From positions 6,386,001-6,450,000 of the forward strand of contig JBHGNT010000014.1 of NCBI GenBank assembly GCA_043228905.1: a DNA stretch of 64,000 nt. Reading direction: 5' to 3'. The translations under genes and the position numbers were made by a program. This DNA comes from Azolla caroliniana (Eukaryota > Plantae > Polypodiophyta). Positions 38,347-51,939 of this stretch are shown here, in pieces (the stretch's first letter is position 1; the number at the start of each line of letters is the position of its first letter). The notes below the pieces were generated by a model. That model saw only the letters and a program-made list of their open reading frames with translations. It did not search any database and was not told where the DNA came from.

Positions 38347-41149
38347 CTCTCTATTATATACTTCTTATATATATCTCGGTTGAACCCATGACCACCTGGT
38401 CTCCATTGGGCAATACATGCATCTCTCTCTCTCTCTCTCTCTCTGTGTGTCTCCTACAACATATTTGACATATATATTACAAAAACTTTTTCACTCCACA
38501 TACATATTAGAATATGTCAAATACACATACATATATATTAGAATAACTTTTTCACAACACCAAACTTCAAAAGGCTGCAAAATACCACATTTTTACATTT
38601 AATAACTATTGCTTTAGCTCTTTGGCATGTGGCAAACAAATTTATATAATTGTCTCCATGCATACATTGGATTGACTCATTAGCCACAAATTTTAGACAA
38701 GAAAAAGGAATTCAATTTGTTAGCATGATGCATACATTACGGTAAGTCATTCTCCATGCATGCAATTTAATCGATCGACGGATCTTGATGGAAATGTTAA
38801 CATAGCCATTTCGTTTCACATGGTTAGTTTTTATTAGAATAGAGATTTGAATGCTTGTATATTAAAGTTTGGCAAGAAACATATAGATGTACAAATCAAG
38901 TCAAGGTCTAACTAAAGTCAATGTGTGTGCATACATGGATGTATATGAGTGTTAAAACTTAAGGTTAGTGAAACATACTTATGCATACAAATTTGAAGAG
39001 TTCAATGATTTCATCAATTCATGATTTGAAATTCACTGCATATCATTGAATATTTGCAAAAACTTAAAATAAGAATGTGCGCCATTCGTTAACCATGTCT
39101 TATAATTATATGCATCTCTTAATGTTTCAACAACTGGCTTTTAAGAATCATTCAAGACTTATAACACTAAGTTAAATAGGATACAATGATGTATTGAGGA
39201 CAAAAAAAGGAAAAGACCCTTGAGAACTTCTTTTTGATGCAATGATGAGCATGTCTACTCCATCACATGGCAGGACCACTAAATAAAAGCACCATCCCTC
39301 CATTATTTGTGAATCATTGTGTTTTTTTCCTATCATGCGAGTCTGAGCCTTAGCGAAGGCTTACATCAAAGCTACATCACCATTTTTGAATGCGACAAGT
39401 GTATGGAGTACAATTATGAAACACTTTCAATTTGCATCGCATGAAATAAGTAGCTTATTCTTCAAATATACATACATAGACTTTCTTTTTGTAAAGCTTA
39501 TGTTATAGATAGAAAACCCACAATGCGAGGGACAAAAACCTACAAAGAATAATTACAAATGTATATTAAAAGGAGCGTGTGCTTTTGGGATATATTGCAA
39601 TCACAGAGTGATCGTTGTGTAGGAATCATTGAGATGTCCAAGCTGTTAATAATTTTTGTTATCCCAAAGTACTAGAATGTCCAAAAGCTAACCCACTTAA
39701 AGAAATATGCATTCTTGATGAAATGGCTTTTCAAACTACCAAAAATACTTGTTAAAAACCCCACAAGGGAATGAGACTTGTAAATTCACTATCTCTTCTT
39801 ATAAAGCCAAATATTTTGTGCAATGCCATAAAGATGTACCAATATTTCATATATTATCCCATTACATTTGCAAAGCACAAAAGTAATATTCTAAGCTTGC
39901 ACGAATATCAAAATGGAAGTATTCCCAACAATAATCACTATAAACATATAATCATTCCTTGAGTGAGGATGAAATATTTGAAATTGTTCTCAGACACATA
40001 TGCATGTGCACCATTAGCATACATGTTTATATTTGTCTTAATCCAAGGAATGTCCAAATAACGGTAGTAAACTAGAGAGAGAGTTTTTATATATTTTCAC
40101 TTCCTTGTTAACATTTGAAAATCAGAAATTTTATCCATTACTTACAAGGTGAAACTTTGATACTAAATTAAAACTAATGGCCTCTTAAATCATTGTTTCT
40201 TTGATTTTCTTGCTTCGCATATCAAGGAGAGTCATGTTCTTAATAATTATGTGCTCAACATTCATTGTTGAATTGGATATGATATGATGAAGAGAGCTCA
40301 TCAAGATAAAGAGTATCAAATTAGAAACTAGTCTTCATATGCAATTCTACACACAAACCTTTTTAAACTAGGAATGCACATTGGGAAAAATATGTCACGA
40401 CATATATGGACCATGCATAACAAATAAGTTAAATTTAAAGTATACAATTTCACTCTATAAGGGAGCACACATGATTGAAGGACAATATGTGTCTACATCC
40501 AATAGAATGTGGTTAGGGGTTTGTCTTTGAAGGCTGCAATTAAAATATGTTACAGAAGGGGCATTTTACAAGGATTTCATCTTCACATAATGACAATGTA
40601 TTATGTTGTCTTGCATCAAATTTCCTCGTCTTGTATCATGTTGTAATGTCGAAAGCAAGTATCAACAAAGCCCTCTTATTGGGTTATTGCAATAAATCCT
40701 TGTATTAAATATCAAAATATGAAATTTGCTCATCAGGTTATTGTGCTTGAAACTTGATATTCAATACAAGGATTCGACTTCTAGAGATAATACTCAATAC
40801 AAAACTTAGACAATAATAAGAATGAGTAATATAATACTAACTAGAACTTGAGAGAACTTATATCACATGAACATCACAACTAGTGTAACAAGATTGAGAG
40901 TCTTATAGCTCTCTGACCTTTGTTTATACAAGGTAGCAAAATGTTGAGCCAACGAAGTTAAAACATTCCAAATTTTTATTGAAAAGAGGTTCATAACCTT
41001 CTATAAAACAAGGGTTTAAGACCTTGCATGAAGACTAAAGAGGTTTGGAACAATCGAGGGATCTCAAGGTCAACAGAGGTTAAGAACCTTCAAGAAAGTT
41101 TAGAAGCTAGAACATTTTATTCTAATTATTAATTCATGTTAGACCAATT

Positions 41150-42150
41150 ATACATGGAAAACACCACGTTCAACTTTCAAGAAAAAGTATGGCTAAGGTT
41201 GCACTGATACAAAGTGATTAGATATCTTTTATCTAGGATGTGATTATTGGCAAGCAATAATTGTTTCCTCAAACAATCAAACTCTTTTTAGATATGAAAG
41301 TTGTGATAAAACTTCAATGATTGGAAACTTGTCTTGCCATACATAAATCTTCATTGGTGAAGATGTTAGTCAAATAATTGAGATGGGTTGATGTATATGA
41401 ATATTGTTTCATATCCACAACCCCATTACATATTTCCAATGCATTTTTTGGAAGGGATGCAAAAAATACTTCTAAGAAGGGTACATTGTAATAATGAAAT
41501 ATTTATATAATTCTAGAAACCCTTTGATATAGTCAATTGTACTTCTTTCAATCAACTTGTATTTAAAAAAACTAAATTGCAACGCTACTTGTTTATTGAG
41601 CATGCTCAATATATATGTATTCTTGACTTACAATGGAATGCAATTAAGAAAAACATAAGGGAAACAAAGTTACCTTCCATGTCATTACAATTCACCAATT
41701 ATTTTTATGCTTTGATAAATTGACATAACATAGACTTCTACATGGGGTAAGAATGCTTAAGGTCGAACATGCAAAGCTTATTTAATGATATTCTCCTCCA
41801 CATGATAGGAGAATGGTTACGCATCAACAGTATTTAAGAGTAGAATATTGTTGGAGGTTAATTTCACAAACTCCAATTTGGTTGATCATAAACTATTAAT
41901 GATGGAACCACTATACCATCGAAGGATGATAGCCTGGTCTATAATGCAAATGTCACAATGCCTCAAACAAATCAAACATTCACTTTGTTATTGCCAAAAT
42001 ACTAAAGAGTGTTTGTTGGGCAGTTTATTAATAAACTTTGAATCAGTTCACAACATTTCAATTTGGATTGGAGTTATTTTGTATAGGGTTCATCAATTGG
42101 GTGAGAATTTCATAATTTTGGGATCACAAAGATGGATTGGTCCAGTAATC
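41150..42150 (+). pseudogene. Possible highly decayed hAT transposase C-terminal part
   Basis: Faint traces only: FWKGC and DWSYF..VH..LGSQK, resembling the hAT dimerisation region; many stops and frameshifts. Confidence 0.25.
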
Positions 42151-44742
42151 TATTGCTAATAACTCCTTTAAATCGCTGGAACAATCTTGGCATGATTGAT
42201 TAAGATGAAAATATCTCTTGACTCGCAAGAAATATTTTCTCGACTTTTTAAGCATAATATTGCATTACACTGTTCACATGGTAATTCAAACATGAAAACA
42301 TGTCCTCTTGGTGGTTTTCACTCTCTAAGAAAATGCAAGATTAGATTAATAATATTTATCTAAGAAATGAAAGCTACAAAAGGTATATGTCTCATATTCG
42401 AATTCCAAAACTCCTGTAGTCCCACAAAATGAACCAAAGGATGTGTCATTTGTTGGTGAAAAAACAATTAAGAACAAAGGGAATGATCTGGCTCTGAAGA
42501 TGTGGTATCTTCTGAAAAACCATCTGTGTATTGCCCACGAAAAAAGTAACCATATCCATTGTAAATATGCTATCAATGACTTTAATGATTTCAGTCTTCT
42601 AGAGTCATTATGTTATTTTCAGATGTAACAGAAAACATTGAAATTGTCTAATAAAACAACATCCAACCCTCTATTACTATTATTTTTTGCACGCTCAAAT
42701 TGAGAGTTTCAACCAAAAAGTAGTTATAATGGTAAAATATGTATAGATAAGTCATTTGGATATGGTATTATGCCCATATGTTCGTGTTGCATATATGAAA
42801 AACAAAAATCTCAAACTGTGCCAAAGGAAGATTTGTGTATCAAGCATAGAGGCGGACAAGCATCAAGAATTTGGACAGAAAAAAGCACAAAAAATATGAA
42901 GAAAATTAGGCATGGTTTGAACTCGATGTTAGAAACAGGACATATCTACTGCATTAAAACCATTTGTTAATGCTGAAACCAAATTGGGAGAAAGAGTCAG
43001 GCATCAAGAAACTTAAGACATGATTTGTGATGTAAGGCAGATATACAAATATTTATTACAACATGAAATATGATTTTATGAAACTTGTGGTATGACTATC
43101 TTCTAAATTTGAAAATTTACAATCTTCTAAACCTATTACCCAATTGCTTTTTCAAAAATTTGTTGGTGCCAAACAGTCCTCAACAAGTCCAAACAAATTT
43201 GGATTTTCCAATGCAGCCGCAATCCTTTCTTTATCATTCAGCTGTTTGTTCACTATTTATATAAAGAATAAAATAATCAGCTTTTTCGCTTAATGAAATT
43301 CCTCAAAGAGTATAAGGAGTTGTCAGACTATCATGAACCTATGAACAAAATATCAGAAAGCCTAGAAACAAGAGAATATGATATATACAATATATAAATA
43401 TATGACAAATTGCAAACCAAGAAAGGATAATTCACCATGAGAGACACAACTTGCCGAATGATTAAAAGTTATAACGGCCAGCCCTACGGCTAGTTAGCTC
43501 CAACAGCTAGTTAGCCCAACGGCCAGATCTTGGCCTTTATAAAGAGGAACTTTCTCCTCATGTAAATATGAGCGATCTCTGTATTTTCTCCCTCCTGTTG
43601 TGGCATATTAATGTATATTATTGAACAAATGTGCCTTCTCATTTTTCAATTTGGTATCAGAGCATAGATCTGCCCCTCTGCAAAACCCTAGATCCACCCT
43701 TCTGCTGGTATGACAGCAATTGGAATAGCACTGTCCTAGCATCCAAGAGAGGAAAGGGGGATTTTTTCCTTTAGGGATGACATTGCTATGTGATTGAGAG
43801 GCGACTTGAGAAAAGATGTCAGAAGAGGAGAGTAGAGATAGGCTAAGTTGAGAAGATGGATGAGGTGTTCTCAAAATTGAACGAGGATGAGATGAAAACA
43901 TTGGTGAAATACATGAAGCAGGCTGAGATTGTAGCATCTGGAGGTGTGACAGGAACACAACCACCACCTCGACTTGAACTCCTCCCAGTTGAGTTCAAAC
44001 TCGATGGACCAGCCACATACTTGAGCTGGTCGTGCCGTATAATAGGTGCCTTGGCAGGGAGAAGCCTTGACGGCTACCTAAGGGGAGAAGAGAAAGAACC
44101 TCTTGTCAAAACGAGCAATGAATGGAAAGCATGGAGAGCTACCCACATGTCTTTGTACATGTGGCTTCTCAACTCCATGGTTCCATCAATTGCCACAACT
44201 GTTGATGGAATTTGAAGTGAAGGAGATTTGGGAGAAATTGCAAAAGACGTATGCTGGGAGGGGAAATAACATGAGAGTATTTCAAATCGAGCAGGAGATA
44301 GATGCTGTCTGGCAGGGAGATAGGATGATTCAGGAATATGCCATAGAGCTGGAGTGTCTATGGGCAGAATATGATCATTTCTCGCCTGTGACAGTGTGCA
44401 ATGATCCTCAATGTAAGAGCAAGGAAATTTCTGCTCAAGGAAGAACCATGCAATTTTTGAAACATCTCTACCCGTCGTTTGATGAAAGAAGGGCAGTTCT
44501 TCTAGCCAAGGCTGAAATTCCCACACTTGATGAGGCAATTGCGACAATGATACAAGAGAAGAGTAGAATGAAACTGCTCTCTGACACTACCGGACTTCTA
44601 GGGGTACGATCGGCACTAATGGTGTCAAATTCAAGCGGAAGTGAAAATTGAAAATGCTACAATTGTGGTGAAGCTGGTCATTTAAAGAATGCTTGCCCTA
44701 AACCATCTAAGGAGAGAGAATATGGAGGGTGTGGACAAACTA

Positions 44743-47700
44743 TGTGAGAAAAGCTGTTAATAGCAGCAGCGGAAGACTTAAAACAAAATAGGCACAGCCA
44801 AGCTGTGAGAAGGCTGTTAGACAGCAGTAGAAAAAATGGTTGCAAAGAGTAGAGACACAGCCAAGGAATAGAGCTTGTTTTAAGTAGCAAAAAAGAAAAT
44901 GAAAACTTATACAAAAGAGGCTGGTATAGCCTATTTATACAAAATTGGGGAATGTGGGTGAAATGGCTGTTTGGTAGTTAAGTGACTCTTGTACTACCAA
45001 ACAAGTACAAAAAAACTAGGAATATCTTGGAAAAGGTAGAAGAGAGAAAAGACATTTAAAGCATTGCAGATTCTAGAGAGAGAAGGCATTTAAAGAGTTG
45101 CAGATTCTAGAGAGAGAAGAATCTGAGAAAAGAGAGAATGTAGTACAAAGATAATAAATATGAAAGAGAGTGCAGGGCTGGAGCTGCCACCCTCCAACAC
45201 CTCCTCTCAGCTCCAGAACGGCAGTCCAACATTGAGTCGATCAAGGAGCTGATCAATGGCTTGCCTTGGAAGTGGCTTAGTAAATAAATCAGCCACATTT
45301 TCTTGAGTAGGGCAATATGCCAAGTTGATGACTTGTGATTTCACTAAGTCCCGAACAAAATGGTAGTGCACTTCGATGTGTTTTGTTCTACCATGAAATG
45401 CTGAGCTATGTGCCAAGGCACGTGCACTTTGGCTGTCGGTGAAAACTGCAATAGGAGAGGCTTGCAAAACACCAATGTGAGAAAACAATTGCATCAACCA
45501 TAGCAACTCACAGCAAGTATCCAAGTAGGCGCGATATTCAGCTTCCGTTGATGAAGTAGAAACTGAGTTTTGCTTCTTCGATTTCCAAGAAATCAAGCCT
45601 GAACCTAACATAAAACAATAGCCAGATGTGGACCTTCTAGAATCAATATCACCTGCCCAATCAGCATCTGAGTAGCCAACAAGCTCAATGCCAAATACCG
45701 AAGAACTCGAATAGCTGCTTGCCAATGACTTTGTCTTGGAGCAGTTGAGAATTGGCTGAGAATACTCACGCTATAAGACAAATCAGGCCTGGTATAAGTT
45801 AAGTGAAGAAGGGACCCGGTTAATCTCCTATATTTCGTGATATCCTCAAATATGGGAGAATCGTCTTCACGAGATAGCTTTGAGTTTGGATCCATTGGAC
45901 AGGAGAGTGGCTTGCAATTTGTCATGCTATAGGTCTCAAGGAGCTGCCTGAGATACCTATGTTGGCTGAGAAAGATACCACCATGTGATTGATAGACCTC
46001 CATACCTATGAAATAATGGAGAAGTCCTAGATCAGTCATTTCAAAGGTTGTTTTGAGGTCAGCGCGGACCTCCTCGATTTTAGATGCAAGGGACCCTGTA
46101 ATTAGAAGGTCATCAACATATAATATGATCAAGCAAAGCAAATTATCTTGGGAAAAAACATAGAGATTGCTGTCAGCATTACAGTTTTGAAACCCAAGAG
46201 AAAGAAAGAAGCTATCAATTTTGTCATGCCAAGCTTTGGGAGCTTGCTTTAAGCCATACAAGGCTTTGTGTAACTTGTAGACCATGTTTTTCTGCTCTAA
46301 AATCTCGAAACCTGGAGGCTGTTCAACATAAACCTCCTCTTTCAAGTCACCGTTAAGGAAGGCTGACTTGACATCCATTTGAAAAATGGCCCATTTGTTG
46401 TGAGCAGCAAGTGCAAGCGCACATCGGATAGATGTGTACCTTGCTGTTGGAGCAAAAGTTTCCTCATAATCCACTCCTTCAACTTGTGAGTAGCCTTCTG
46501 CCACTAGACGTGCCTTGTGCTTATCCAACGTACCATCAGCATGGTATTTGGTCTTGAAAATCCATTTCAATCCAATGACTTGTCGATGTGGAGGCCGTGG
46601 GACCAGCTCCCATGTATGATTCCGCTCAATGGAATCAAGTTCAACTTCCATTGCTGCTTTCCACTTTGGAAGAACAAGGGCCTCTTTTGCTGTTGTGGGT
46701 TCTTTTGATTGCATAACAGTGCACAATAAGGCAAAGTTGCATGAGTGAACAAGCCGTTGTGACTTACGTGTTCGAGAACCAGATGTATACTCATGAAGTT
46801 CTGCATCGGAGAGATGAGAATCACGAATGGTGGCTTGAAGCCACTTGGGAAGTGGTGGAAGCTGGTTTGTAGAGGGAGTGGAAACAAGTGGAGTTGAGGG
46901 AGAGGTTTGAATTGTTGGCGAAGTTAGAGATTGAGTAGGAGGAGATGGGGGGCTTGAAGATGAGACATCTTCGTCTAAAATAGGAGATTCCGGAGGAGCT
47001 TGGATTTCAACCATGAACTCAGGTAAAATCCTAGAGTCATCCGGCTGAGACTCCACAAAATGAACATCCCTAGATATGACTAGGAACTTTGACTCTAAAT
47101 CCCATAACCTGTATGCTTTAGATTGTGTGCTGTAATTTCTTGGTTTTGGACTCAAATTTCGTCCTTTTATGATCTGAAATGTGAACATAAGCATCACAAC
47201 CAAAGACTTTAAAATGAGATACTGAGGGCTTTACACCTGCAAATGCTTCTTCAGGCGTCATTCTAGCAACTGCTTTTGTTGGGCAGCAGTTGATGATGTA
47301 GACTGCTGTGTTGACAGCTCCCCAAAACGAGAGAGGAAGATCAAATTGAGATAGCATCGTACGAGCCATCTCTTGGACTGTCCGGTTCTTCCTTTCCACG
47401 ACTCCATTTTGTTGAGGAGTATTGGGTGTAGAAAATTGGCGAGCAATGCCTCGTTGAGAGCAGAAATGGTGGAAAGCTTTGGAGATAAACTCTCCACCAT
47501 TGTCCGACCTGATCTTTCGAACTTTCTTCGATGTCTCGTTCTCCACGAGAGCTACCCATTCTTGAAATTTTGCGAAGGCTTGGGATTTTTCTACAAGAAA
47601 ATAAACCCAAACCTTGCGGGAGAAGTCATCAATTATAAGCATGAAGTAGCGTGCACCACCAAGAGTAGGGGTTTTCATGGGACCACAAAGATCCATGTGC

Positions 47701-49869
47701 ACTAACTCCAAGATAGATGTTGCTCGGTGAGTGGCTTCATGAGGGAAAGGCTCTCGATGTTGCTTGCCATGAAGACAAGCAACACATGGGGTATTGGGAG
47801 ATTTGAAAATAGGAAGACCCTCAACTAGTTGGGAGGAGGAGAGCTTTTGAAGAGAATCATAGTTGAGATGACCAAACCTAGCATGCCACAACGTGGGATC
47901 TTCTTGTGCCACCAAGGCATGGGAGCCTTGAAGAAGATGAAGAAGATGAGATTTGGAGTTTTCCAAGGGGCTATGGGAGCTTTTTAGGCGATATAAACCC
48001 CCTTCTTGTGTGCCACTAGCTACAATTTGTAGGCTGTTGGTGTCAATCACTTCCAAAACTGAGCTATCAAAGTAGACTCCATAACCTTGCTTGGTGATTT
48101 TGTAAACCGAAAGTAGGTTGGTAGAGATGCGAGGCACATGTAGCACATCTTGAAGAACGACAGGTTCTTCACTTGAAGAATTGTCAAGAACCACATTACC
48201 CACACATGAAGCCTCAATGCTTGAGGCATCTCCTATAGAGATTTGGGAAGAGCTAGGCTTCACATCATGCAAAATGGATTTGTCATAGGTCATGTGTGAA
48301 GTGGCACCACTATCTACTAACCACTCATCGATGGTTGAAGTAGTTGGTCCAGCCGAATGTGAAGTATGTTCCTCAATGCCAAGGAAAACTGTTTCTTTGG
48401 CTGAGTGGGCCGAGTTGGATTTTGGTGTAGGTTGATTTCTGGTAGAAGAAGAGTTCTTAGCATTGTCCCTTTTCTTTTTCTGACAATCTGGCTGAATGTG
48501 ACCTTTGTAGCCACAATAATGACAAGTGAGCTCCTTGTAAGCTGGGTTGTTTGGCGGTCTTGGATTGGGTTTGTTGTAGGAGTTACCATTTTGCTTCCAC
48601 TTGCCTTTACTTGTCGCATGTAGAAGCGTCTCATTGGAAGTTTGAGCACTTTTCTTCCTTGTTGCCCTATCTTGTAGCATACCAAGAAATGTATTCATGT
48701 CAGGTGTGTTGGGAAGAAGAGAAATGGTGTCACAAAAGGCTGAGAATGACTCAGGCAACTTTATCATTAGACGATGCACAAACTCAACTTCAGTGGACTT
48801 GCTTCCCAAAGAAACTAGTTCCTTTTGGAGAGTGACAAATTCCGTTATTTGATCCATGATGTTGGGAGTGTCATGAATCTTGAGATTTGTTAGTTGGCTT
48901 TCAATAGCTATCATTTGAGCATGATTAGCTCGATGATACCTCCTTTTGATGGCTGTCCATAGTTCATTGGCTGTCTCGTCATCTTTATCTTGAAATTGAC
49001 GAGCGATGCTCAGTTTAATATTAAACATGAGGAAAGCATGAGCACGAGAATCCTTATCTAGCCAAGCTTCAATCTCAGCGTTAGATGAGCCAGCAACTGA
49101 TTTGGTTGAAGAGGATGAAGTTACTGGTGGTTTCTTGTCACTACCATTGACTACATTCCATAAACGATGGTATTGTAGCAAGGTCTTTATTTGTAGCTCC
49201 CAATCCAAGTAATTGTTCCCATCCAAGATGGATTCTTTGGGGAGTTGGGGAATGGTTGATGAAACAATGGTGGCATGTGAGGCCATGGATATCCTCCTCT
49301 TGAGCTACAGCTGGACAATTTACAGCAGTTGTAAGTAGATACTCAGGGTCTTTCTACTTCTCCCTAGATGCTAGGTGAGGCTCAGATAAGGGGAAAAGAA
49401 AACAGAAGAGCCTCCTCTGTAGGGTTGGGAGGGAGGGATAAAAGAAGATAGGTCTGTGTGCTCTTTGGCAAAAAAAAATCAGGCTGAGGATATGGAGACC
49501 TCACTGCTGTTGCAAAGAGTAGAGACACAGCCAAGGAATAGAGCTTGTTTTAAGTAGCAAAAAAGAAAATGAAAACTTATACAAAAGAGGCTGGTATAGC
49601 CTATTTATACAAAATTGGGGAATGTGGGTGAAATGGCTGTTTGGTAGTTAAGTGACTCTTGTACTACCAAACAAGTACAAAAAAACTAGGAATATCTTGG
49701 AAAAGGTAGAAGAGAGAAAAGGCATTTAAAGCATTGCAGATTCTAGAGAGAGAAGGCATTTAAAGAGTTGCAGATTCTAGAGAGAGAAGAATCTGAGAAA
49801 AGAGAGAATGTAGTACAAAGATAATAAATATGAAAGAGAGTGCAGGGCTGGAGCTGCCACCCTCCAACA
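44743..49869 (-). mobile_element. Ty1/Copia element B, young, near-complete gag-pol, nested in A
   Basis: TSD AACTA at 44738-42 and 49870-74. 3' LTR 44743-45199; 5' LTR remnant 49509-49869; 1 mismatch over the shared 361 bp; PPT 45200-45209. ORFs 47118-49286 (gag, CCHC, protease DSGAT, integrase), 45605-47203 (RT) and 45207-45725 (RNase H). Confidence 0.96.
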
Positions 49870-51497
49870 AACTAGAGGTTGTGGTCGAGGGGGCCGAAGA
49901 GGTGGAAGAGGAGGTCACCAAGTATACCTGATTGTAGCAAAAGAAGAGGAACGAACTAAGGTGGTGTTCACCGAAGAGGATTAAGCTCTCTTAGATATAC
50001 TTAGGACGAAGCAAAAAGCCGCAGATGATACTTCATTCATGTCAAGAGGTAACATTGCCACCTATGCTTATTCGGCCACAAGTACTAGCAACACAAATAC
50101 TCTTGCCTATGCACCAGAATGGATAATTGGTTTTGGCAATGCTAGTGAATTCTCCTCGTATACTCACCTAGCAATGCCACAGAGCATTCAAATTGCTGAC
50201 GGTACAACACAACCTGTAGTGGGTATAGGTACAATAAAATGTACCGACTCTGTGACATAGTCTAATGAGTTGCATGCTCCTTTCCTAGTAAACCTATTAT
50301 CCATAAGTTCTATCATACACCAACTAAAATGTGTTGTTTCTTTTGATATTCCGAAGGTGATATTCAAGAAGAAAGGGACAGGTCAGAGACTTGGGATTGG
50401 CACATGGCATAGTGGATTATCGTATTTGGATCGTGAAGGGCTGGATTCAGCATTAACATCAATGGTAGAGGGAACAAATGTAAGGGGATCTAAAATGAGT
50501 TATGAGTTGTTGAACTTTACCACCAACGTATGGGACATACCTCTTATGGCATTTGGAGTCGGTTGTATCCACACCTTTCTGAAAAGGCTGATAAAACAAA
50601 CTTGCTTGTGATGCATGTGAATTTGGTAAGCTTACTAAAAGCTCATATGCTAGTTCAGGTCATAGGAGTTCCCATGCATTTGATGTAATACACTCTGATG
50701 TTTGGGGACCATGTTCCACAAGTTCTATTAATGGATATAGATATTTTGTCTCTTTCATTGATTGCTTCTCTCGTGTGACTTGGTTATATTTGATGAGGAA
50801 AAATAATGAAGTATTGCTTGTTTTAAAGATTTTCATAGAGCAGTTCAAACTCAATATGGTGCAGTAGTAAGAGTGTTGAGGTCTGATAATGGAACAGAGT
50901 ATGCTAACATCACATTTAGGGCATACCTCTCAGATCAAGGAATACAACATCAAACTACATGCACATATACACCAGAACAAAATGGAGTAGCAGAGAGGAA
51001 GAATAGACATCTTCTAGAGAAAACAAGAAGCATGATGATTTCTATGAATGTCCCAAAGCAGTTGTGGGGACATGCAGTTTTGACGGCTGCTGTATTGATC
51101 AATAGAATGCCCTTTAGAGTATTGGAGTGGAAGTCTCCATGTGAGTTGTTGCAAGACAATGAAGGTGTTTGGATGTGTGTGTTTTGTAAAGGACAGTAGA
51201 CCATCCGTAGGAAAACTAGATCCTAGAGCTGTGAAATGTGTATTTGTGGGATACTCTGCCACACAAAAAGGCTATGTTTGCTGGAGTCCAGTAGAGAAGA
51301 GATTATTTGTGAGCATGGATGTTCATTTCAGAGAGTCAGAGCCATATTATAAACAAGACGTAACTTCACCCTTTGATGACTTAATTGAGACTGAAAATAT
51401 ACGGGAAGGAGATAATGGTGTGAGGTTGCTAAAAATAGGATCAATTCCTTTGCTGAGCCCTACATCAGCTGAGAAACAAGTGAGCCTAGGAGATAAG

Positions 51498-51939
51498 TGT
51501 TGAGAATCAAGCTCAACTTGTGTGAAGATGTGCTTATGAAGAAAAGGATGATGTGTTAAAAAGTGTGTGAACACACTTTATTGTAATACGTGTAGTTGTC
51601 GAGTGTTAATGTAGTCAAAGAATATTAGATATTCTTATGACAAAATCGTACTCAAATGGATATCTTGGTTAGATTCCACCAACACATTTAATATGGCAGT
51701 CCCTTGAGGACTTGTATATAAAATCCCCTTTGCTCATTCTGTTTTGTTGATGATCTTTAGATAATTAATATAGCTCTCTTAAGTGCATAAGCTGTCATCC
51801 CCCTACCCCTACTGTGTGTTTTCTTATTTTTCTGGTTATTCTCTGTAATTCCTTCTCTTGCTTATATAGTCACTCTCTCTCTCGCACACACACACTAGGC
51901 TTCTGAATACTAAACTCTACTAGAGTTAGATTCTTTACA
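51498..51939 (+). mobile_element. Solo LTR nested in element A
   Basis: TGTTG...TTTACA ends; TSD ATAAG at 51493-97 and 51940-44; internal TATA box (TATATAAA); interrupts the integrase-RT linker of A. Confidence 0.9.
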
